NCBI RefSeq assembly: GCF_009914755.1
Contig: NC_060932.1
DNA from: the human T2T-CHM13v2.0 reference genome, Homo sapiens
Reading direction: 5' to 3' (one strand)
Length of the DNA stretch: 64,000 bases
The translations under genes were made by a program, and so were the position numbers. This document shows positions 55,486 through 64,000 of this stretch, piece after piece; the first letter of the stretch is position 1, and each line of letters begins with the position of its first letter. Below the pieces are notes generated by a model. The model saw only the letters and a program-made list of their open reading frames with translations. It had not been told where the DNA came from and ran no database searches.

Positions 55486-56257
55486 TGAAACCCCACAAAG
55501 ACTTGTTGGCTTTTCTCTCGTGGTACACGTACCATTTGCCCCTGCATTACAGTTGGGTCATATCTTTTTCTCAAGATAATAATCTTTGACATCAGAAACT
55601 ATATTATTCATCTATATTGCCAAATAAATGGAAGGTATTCAGTAGATTATTCTGACAGGACAAATACGAAAAGGACAATCTAGGACATAGAACTATATGA
55701 ACAATGGTGCTAAGTTAGGAATATTTCTGACTTATGCCTCAAATGGGGACTATTCCAGTTTGACTTTTGAATGTAAGGTTTAGTTGGTAGAATCAGAGGC
55801 GTTGAGCTTGGAAGGTAGGTTGGAGTCAGATTACACAGAGCCTTGAATGCCAAGGTAATAAACAGCATAGATTCGGTTCTCCATGAGAGTCACTGATAGT
55901 TTTGGGCACTGGAGAGTAACAGGATCTGAGGTATAGAAGGTCATACCAGAAGTCTCCTTGGAATTTGGTTGGAGATTAAGTCCATCCCAGACAGAAAAAC
56001 CAACTCTTAAGTGTACTGACAAAATTAAGTGCATGACTCTGTAGATCTGTGAGTCCCAAAAAAGTCACCAAGTTAAAGACTGTTTTGTAGGCTTCCTGGC
56101 AACCAGACATTTACGTTCCCACTTCAGTAAAAGGAGACAGACCCACACCAAAGCAGTTATTACTAAATTTCCAAACTGGTGAAACAGAGAAGATTCTATA
56201 TGCTTCCAGAGAAGGGAGAGAGGAGCAAAAAAAAAAAGTACAGTACACACAAAGGAG

Positions 56258-56295
<38 letters not shown>

Positions 56296-56314
56296 ACATA
56301 CATGTACATACATA

Positions 56315-56546
56315 CAGATTGAGTATCTCTTAACAGAAATGCTTGGGACCAGGAGTTTTTTAGATTTTGGATTTTTTTTTAATTTGGAACACCTGAATTA
56401 TACCATTGAGAATCCCAAATATGAAATTCTGAAATCCAAAATGTTCCAATAAGCACTTCCTTTGAACATCACGTTGGTGCTCAGAAAGTTTTGGATTCGG
56501 GGGCATTTCAGATTTCAAATTTTTCAGATTTAGGATGCTCAATCTG
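56315..56546 (+). mobile_element. Tigger4a/MER46A (TcMar-Tigger MITE)
   Basis: TIRs cagattgagtatc / gatgctcaatctg, TA on both sides, 232 bp. Confidence 0.85.
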
Positions 56547-56875
56547 TATATGTATATATAAATTACAGTATGTGTATGTATGTAAGTGTATGTATGTATA
56601 TACATGTGTACATGTATACATGTGTGTATATACGTGTGTATATATGTGCATGTGTATATGTGTATGTATATGTGTGTATATATGCATATATGCATGTATG
56701 TAGATGTATATGTGTGTACATATGTATATGCATATGCATATGTATGCATAAATGTGTATGTATGTGTATATATGTATGTGTGTACATATGTGTATGTGTG
56801 TGTGCATGTGTATATGTGTATATATGTGTGTATACGTGTATATGTGTATGAACATATATATATATATATGTATAT

Positions 56876-57250
56876 TGTATTAGTCCATTCTCATACTGCT
56901 ATGAAGAAATACCCAAGACTGGATAATTTATAAAGGAAAGAGGTTTAATTGACTCACAGTTCTGCATTGCTTGGGAGGCCTCAGGAAATTTACAATCATG
57001 GCAGAAGGCAACGGAGAAACAGGCACTTTCTTCACAGGGCAGCAGGATGGAGTGAGTGCCAGCAGGGGAAATGCCAGATGCTTATAAAACCATCAGATCT
57101 CATTAGACTCACTCACTATCATGAGAACAGCATGGGGGAACAGCCCGATGATCCAGTTACCTCCACCTGGTCCCACCCTTGACACATCGGGATTATGGGG
57201 ATTACAATTCAAGATGAGATTTTGGGTGGGGACACAGCCAAACCATATCA
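56876..57250 (-). mobile_element. THE1D/MSTA MaLR solo LTR
   Basis: tgtattagtccattctc...gggacacagccaaaccatatca; gtatat on both flanks. Confidence 0.9.
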
Positions 57251-57399
57251 GTATATACGTGTGTATATATGCATGTATATATGTGTATGTATATGTATAT
57301 ATATATATATGTGTGTGTGTATATATATGTGTATGTGTAGGCATGTGTTTATGTATGTATACGTGTGTACAACTTGTTTTCCCTAGAGTAGCATCACAT

Positions 57400-57890
57400 A
57401 TTCTTAAATAAATTTCTACTACAGATTTCTAACAATAACATAAACAATGTAGAGTAGTGTTATATGTAACTTTCTATCTGTAACTTAGTTTTGAGGTTTA
57501 TCAAAGTTACATGCTCACAGCTCTAGTCATTTTCATCATTGCATAGTATTCCACTGAATTTATATATTACACTTATTTAATCATTTTTCTGTTATTGGAC
57601 CTTTAGGTTACTTTAAAAGCTTTACTTATGATGAACAATGCTATAATGAACAATCCATGTATATATGTGAGATTTCATGCAGTTATAAATTTAGTAGTGG
57701 AATTACTAAGTATGAATTCACATTTACTAGATATTGCCAAACCAATATCTAAAGTGGTTGTACCACGGTCAACGTTTAAAACATTTAAACATTTAAAAAA
57801 CTTTTTTAAAAGTTTTAAACATTTAAAAAACTTTAACACACATGTATATATAACTCCTATTTGTCTAAATAACATACTTAGATTGTTACA

Positions 57891-57927
<37 letters not shown>

Positions 57928-58075
57928 ATGATTCCCTCTAGAGTATCAGGGAGGGAAATGGGATCGGTCAGGGAGGGACTCATACAGATTTTCAATTATA
58001 CATGTAATATTTTATGCCTTAAGCTATGTGATAGGTACATAAATGCCCATTATATTATCTATATTTTTTGTGAAT
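57400..58075. mobile_element. L1ME-type remnants in opposite orientations, with (CA)n at 57894-57923
   Basis: gcatagtattccactgaa...atgaacaatgctataatgaaca (minus); ttttcaattatacatgtaatattttatgccttaagct (plus). Confidence 0.55.
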
Positions 58076-58417
58076 GTAATGGAAATCTTTCTAGAAGCTT
58101 CTGCTACAATTTGGGAAATTAAACTCAACATTTAACTTTGCTTCATCTCAAAGCACAACTAGAAGATCATAATCCCTTATCCAACCCTTCAGAGATACAG
58201 GTGTTAGAGAATTCAGAAGCCACCACGCCCGGCCAGGCTTGTTTCTTTTTTGTGTCTGCTAAATGCTCAGGCCTTCCACAGAGCAAATGCAAAGGAAATC
58301 AGGGGTGTCAAAGTGTTTTCAAGGGGAGCTCCACCATCACTTTTCAGAGGTAAACTGTAACTCAGCTTTGGAGGAAGACCACAGCAAACAAGGGAGAAAG
58401 GCGAAAGTCCTGCTTAC

Positions 58418-58712
58418 CATAGAAGAGGAATGCTTTGGTCATGTGATGATGGAGGTAGGTCCGGTTGATGGTGAAGAAACAAGCATCTGCTCCACATTGG
58501 CCTAACCTCCCAGTCTCCCCCGTCAGCGGGGACCACCAGAGCATAATGGGGTAGCTGTCCAATTCCCATTTTCTTTTCCTGTTGAAGGTCAATCCTTCTT
58601 TCTTAAGAAATGAATTAAGATGCGTAGGTGCTTCCTCCATTTTTGTATGTCCATCTTGCAAACTGGAACTTTTAAACTCCTTCCTTTCAAACTTCCCCAG
58701 CTCAACCATGAC
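58418..58712 (-). CDS. FUT10: FUT10 (POFUT3) internal coding exon, 295 nt, phase 0 to phase 1; stem region and start of the GT10 catalytic domain
   Basis: Translates VMVELGKFERKEFKSSSLQDG...YPIMLWWSPLTGETGRLGQCGADACFFTINRTYLHHHMTKAFLFYG, matching remembered human FUT10; acceptor cttctcttttAG|GTC, donor TATG|GTAAGC. Confidence 0.95.
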
Positions 58713-58794
58713 CTAAAAGAGAAGACAATTATTATCAGTGTCAAACTGTTTGATTTCCTTTTGCACATCTCTCACTAATCTTGATGATTTAGCC

Positions 58795-59780
<986 letters not shown>

Positions 59781-59815
59781 AACAAGAATGGCCAACGATT
59801 CTACTAAACACTTAG

Positions 59816-60167
<352 letters not shown>

Positions 60168-60577
60168 AGTTTTGCCTCTTAATGAAACCTATGACAGGAT
60201 AATTACCTGACTACTACTAGAGAATGCACTCTAGGGAAAATGAGTTATAAATTATCAACTGGTTTCTTTTTTATTACAATTAAAGTAGTCATAACATGGG
60301 TTTTATGTTTCTAATAATACTCACTATAGCACTGAGATAGTGAAATAATACCTAATGTCAAAATTCCCTAGAGTCTATGTTACCAACATAGTAGACCATG
60401 AGTACTGGGCTTCCACTTACTCCCACTTAGAACCACATTTTTAAATTTATTCCAGGATAGTCTAAGTCTGGGTCACTGGACAGCTTGGACATCAGTAACA
60501 GTCATCTGGAGGGCAGGGTGAGTGTAGCAGAAACTCCAGAAGTGCTGCCTTTTCATCAAATTTTAAGATTTGGTATT

Positions 60578-60735
60578 GTGCTGAGCACAGTGGCATACAC
60601 CTATAGTCCCAGCTACTCAGGAGGCTGAGACCAGAGGATCACTTGAGTCCAGGAGTTCAAGGCTGCAGTGCGGTATGATTGCACCACTGTACAGCAGCCT
60701 GAGCAAAAAAGGGAGACTCCATCTCGACAAAAAAA
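60578..60735 (+). mobile_element. FRAM/Alu right monomer
   Basis: TSD aagatttggtatt. Confidence 0.85.
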
Positions 60736-60971
60736 CAAGATTTGGTATTAATATAATTGATATGGCACTAATTATAGAAATATGCTGGAGAAAGGGTTGA
60801 TCTGCTCCATATGTAACTGAAAGTTTAGTAGACTATGAAACAAATACAGCGTTAAAGCAGTTAAAGTAAGGCACATTTACATTTCTATGTGTTAACTGCT
60901 CCACCAGTCGGCCATGGAGGCCATTCCCTGTGCAGCCCTCAGGTCCCGCTTTTAGCAGCCAAGAGTGTTAC

Positions 60972-61097
60972 CTCTTTTATGTGCTCGCTGCTCCTGGTGT
61001 TAGATAAAGGCCACTGATCATTGAAGCATTGCATGGAGTCTGTAACTCCCTGGGGAGGGCCCGTGACTTTCATTAGATTCTCAACGGTATCCAAGGC
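60972..61097 (-). other. FUT10: Latent in-frame cassette exon of FUT10 (126 nt, 42 aa); acceptor is TG, not AG, in this sequence
   Basis: Stop-free ALDTVENLMKVTGPPQGVTDSMQCFNDQWPLSNTRSSEHIKE, phase 0/0, donor GAG|GTAACA, long poly-U tract ending TTG|GCC. Confidence 0.5.
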
Positions 61098-61124
61098 CAA
61101 AAAAGAAAAAAAAAAAAACCACTG
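61050..61124. mobile_element. Terminal fragment of a hAT-Charlie element (Charlie4-like)
   Basis: ctggggag..gcccgtgactttcattagattctcaacgg...aaaaaag...aaccactg resembles the remembered Charlie4 end (GCTTTCATCAGATTCTCAAAGGGGTCC...AAAAAAGGTTAAGAACCACTG). Confidence 0.6.
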
Positions 61125-61475
61125 AGTGAAAGCCAAGCAGCACTCCAGAAGGAGTAAGAAATTATATTGGCTTTAAAAAGTCATGGATCACCTGAGACGC
61201 CAAAGTCAACACTAGAGCAGCAGAGCCATCACTGAAAACTAAAGTCTGCCTGTTGCCAATAGCTCTCTCAGCATTTTTATGATGGAACAATGTGGCTCTC
61301 CCCAGTAGTTTGATCCACGGGAGATGACTTGTAGCCACAAACTATCTTTTCATCTGACCTTCTTCCCCTGCAAATGTACAACCAGTCACTTAAAAGAAAG
61401 GCTTTTAGAAAGCCATAGGATACAACTCCAAAGGTAAAATTTATTCCACATTTCAGATCAATATCTACTATGTGA

Positions 61476-62268
<793 letters not shown>

Positions 62269-62365
62269 AAACCTTTTAAGAGTGAAAAAACAAAAACATA
62301 AAACTTGAGACTCACCAACCAAATGCAATGTATAGGTTTGCTTATCCCAAATTCAAACCAACTTG

Positions 62366-62763
<398 letters not shown>

Positions 62764-63152
62764 CTATCATACAGAGAATATTCAGTAATTGTTAATTTTA
62801 TTGGGTATAATAGTAGCAATATGGTTACATTATATTTTTCAAAGTTCCTAGCTCCAAAGTGAGAGAATCATATTAACATATATCCAGGTGAAATGCTATT
62901 ATGTCCTGGATTTGCTTTAAAATACTCCAAAATATATTCCTAAACTATTTATGCAACTAAAAAGTAAAATTAAAAAATAAATATACATATATACCCAAAG
63001 AATTTACAGACAGTTTATACAAAATATAGTTAAATGTGAATGGAAAACAATGTCTAAGTTTTCCTCCAGAGAACTATGTTTTAGCTTAAGTGTAGGTAAC
63101 TATATTTTCATGTTTAGATTAATATTAATTAAATAATTTATGTTATAGAATC

Positions 63153-63540
63153 TGCTATGGGCTAAATTGTACACCCCAAAAAAATTCATAAGTTGAAGTC
63201 CTTACTCCCAGTACTTTATAACGTGACTATATTTGGAGACAGGGTCTTCAAAGAGGTAACTGAGTTAAAACGGGTGGGCCCTAATCCATTAGGACTGGTG
63301 TCCTTATAAAAAGGGGAAATTTTGACACACACAATTACAGAGAGAAGGCAGTGTAAAGATACAGGGAGAAAACAGCCATCTATAAGCCAAGGAGAGAGGC
63401 CACAGAAGAAAGAACCCTGCTGACACCTTGATCTTGGACTTCCCAGTCTCCTGAACTGTAAAAAAAAATTAATTTTGGTTGTGGAAGCAAGCGACTTCAT
63501 CTGCAGTATTTTGTTACAGCAGCGCTAGCAAACTAACAAA
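63153..63540 (+). mobile_element. MLT1B-like MaLR solo LTR
   Basis: tgctatgggctaaattgt...gttgaagtcctt...tatttggagacagggtctt...ttgttacagcagcgctagcaaactaaca. Confidence 0.85.
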
Positions 63541-63627
63541 GGATCCATGGCATGATTTTTTTCTATTTATCCTATCTTTACCCTATTCATATGGCAAAGT
63601 ATTTCATTTGCCTAAAAACAGGAATGG

Positions 63628-63945
63628 AGGCCAGGCCTGGTGGCTCACGCCTGTAATACCAACATTTTGGGAGGCCAAGGCGGGTGAATCACTTGAGGTC
63701 AGGAGTTCGAGACCACCCTGGCCAACATGGTAAAACCCCATCTCTACTAAAAATACAAAAAATTAGCCAGGTGTGGTGGCAGGCACCTGTAATCCCAGCT
63801 ACTCAGGAGGCTGAGGCAGGAGAATTGCTTGAACCCAGGAGGCAGAGGTTGCAGTGAGCCCAGATCGCACCTTGCACTCCAGCCTGGCAAGAGAGCAAGA
63901 CTCCGTCTCAAAAAACAAAAAACAAAAACAAAAACAAAAAAAAAC
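63628..63945 (+). mobile_element. AluS
   Basis: Full dimer with (CAAAA)n tail. Confidence 0.95.
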
Positions 63946-64000
63946 TTCCCACAGAAAGCAGCAGAAAGCTGAAAATGTCAGGCCTTCTGTGCAGCAGGTC

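Larger units (their letters stand above)
56258..57370. repeat. Compound (GT)n/(TA)n/(TATG)n microsatellite region interrupted by Tigger4a and THE1D/MSTA
   Basis: Alternating purine-pyrimidine runs at 56258-56314, 56547-56875 and 57251-57370. Confidence 0.95.

Noticed and set aside
56360-57411. His/Thr/Tyr/Ile- and Cys/Val/Met-rich ORFs
   Set aside because: Translations of dinucleotide microsatellites
57628-58122. 164-aa ATG ORF on the plus strand
   Set aside because: Runs through L1ME remnants, an AT-rich duplication and (CA)n; no homology or coding signature

Overview
Primate (human-like) genomic DNA, very Alu-rich, lying entirely inside the FUT10 gene (GT10 fucosyltransferase family; reassigned as protein O-fucosyltransferase POFUT3), which runs on the minus strand. 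Only one canonical coding exon is present (58418-58712, 295 nt, AG/GT bounded). Coordinates 1-58417 are the long downstream intron and 58713-64000 the upstream intron. The intron holds a disabled processed pseudogene of RBM4 (about 41037-41974), roughly 60 Alu copies, several ERV1/ERVL/MaLR solo LTRs, L1/HAL1/L2/MIR remnants, hAT and Tigger DNA transposons and microsatellites. Nearly all ORFs in the supplied track are Alu or repeat artefacts. I see no prokaryote-style system (CRISPR, operon, RNA genes). The most interesting signals are: a latent in-frame 126-nt FUT10 cassette exon one base away from a canonical acceptor; a circRNA-prone exon with a possible 100-aa back-splice ORF; a 185-bp, ~92% identical non-Alu inverted duplication; two locally templated insertions, one with a snap-back hairpin; an RBM4 retrocopy whose 3' end mirrors its target site; an internally deleted L1 joining its 5' and 3' ends; and a tetrameric Alu. 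Gene and repeat family names come from remembered sequences, not a database search, and repeat boundaries are approximate.
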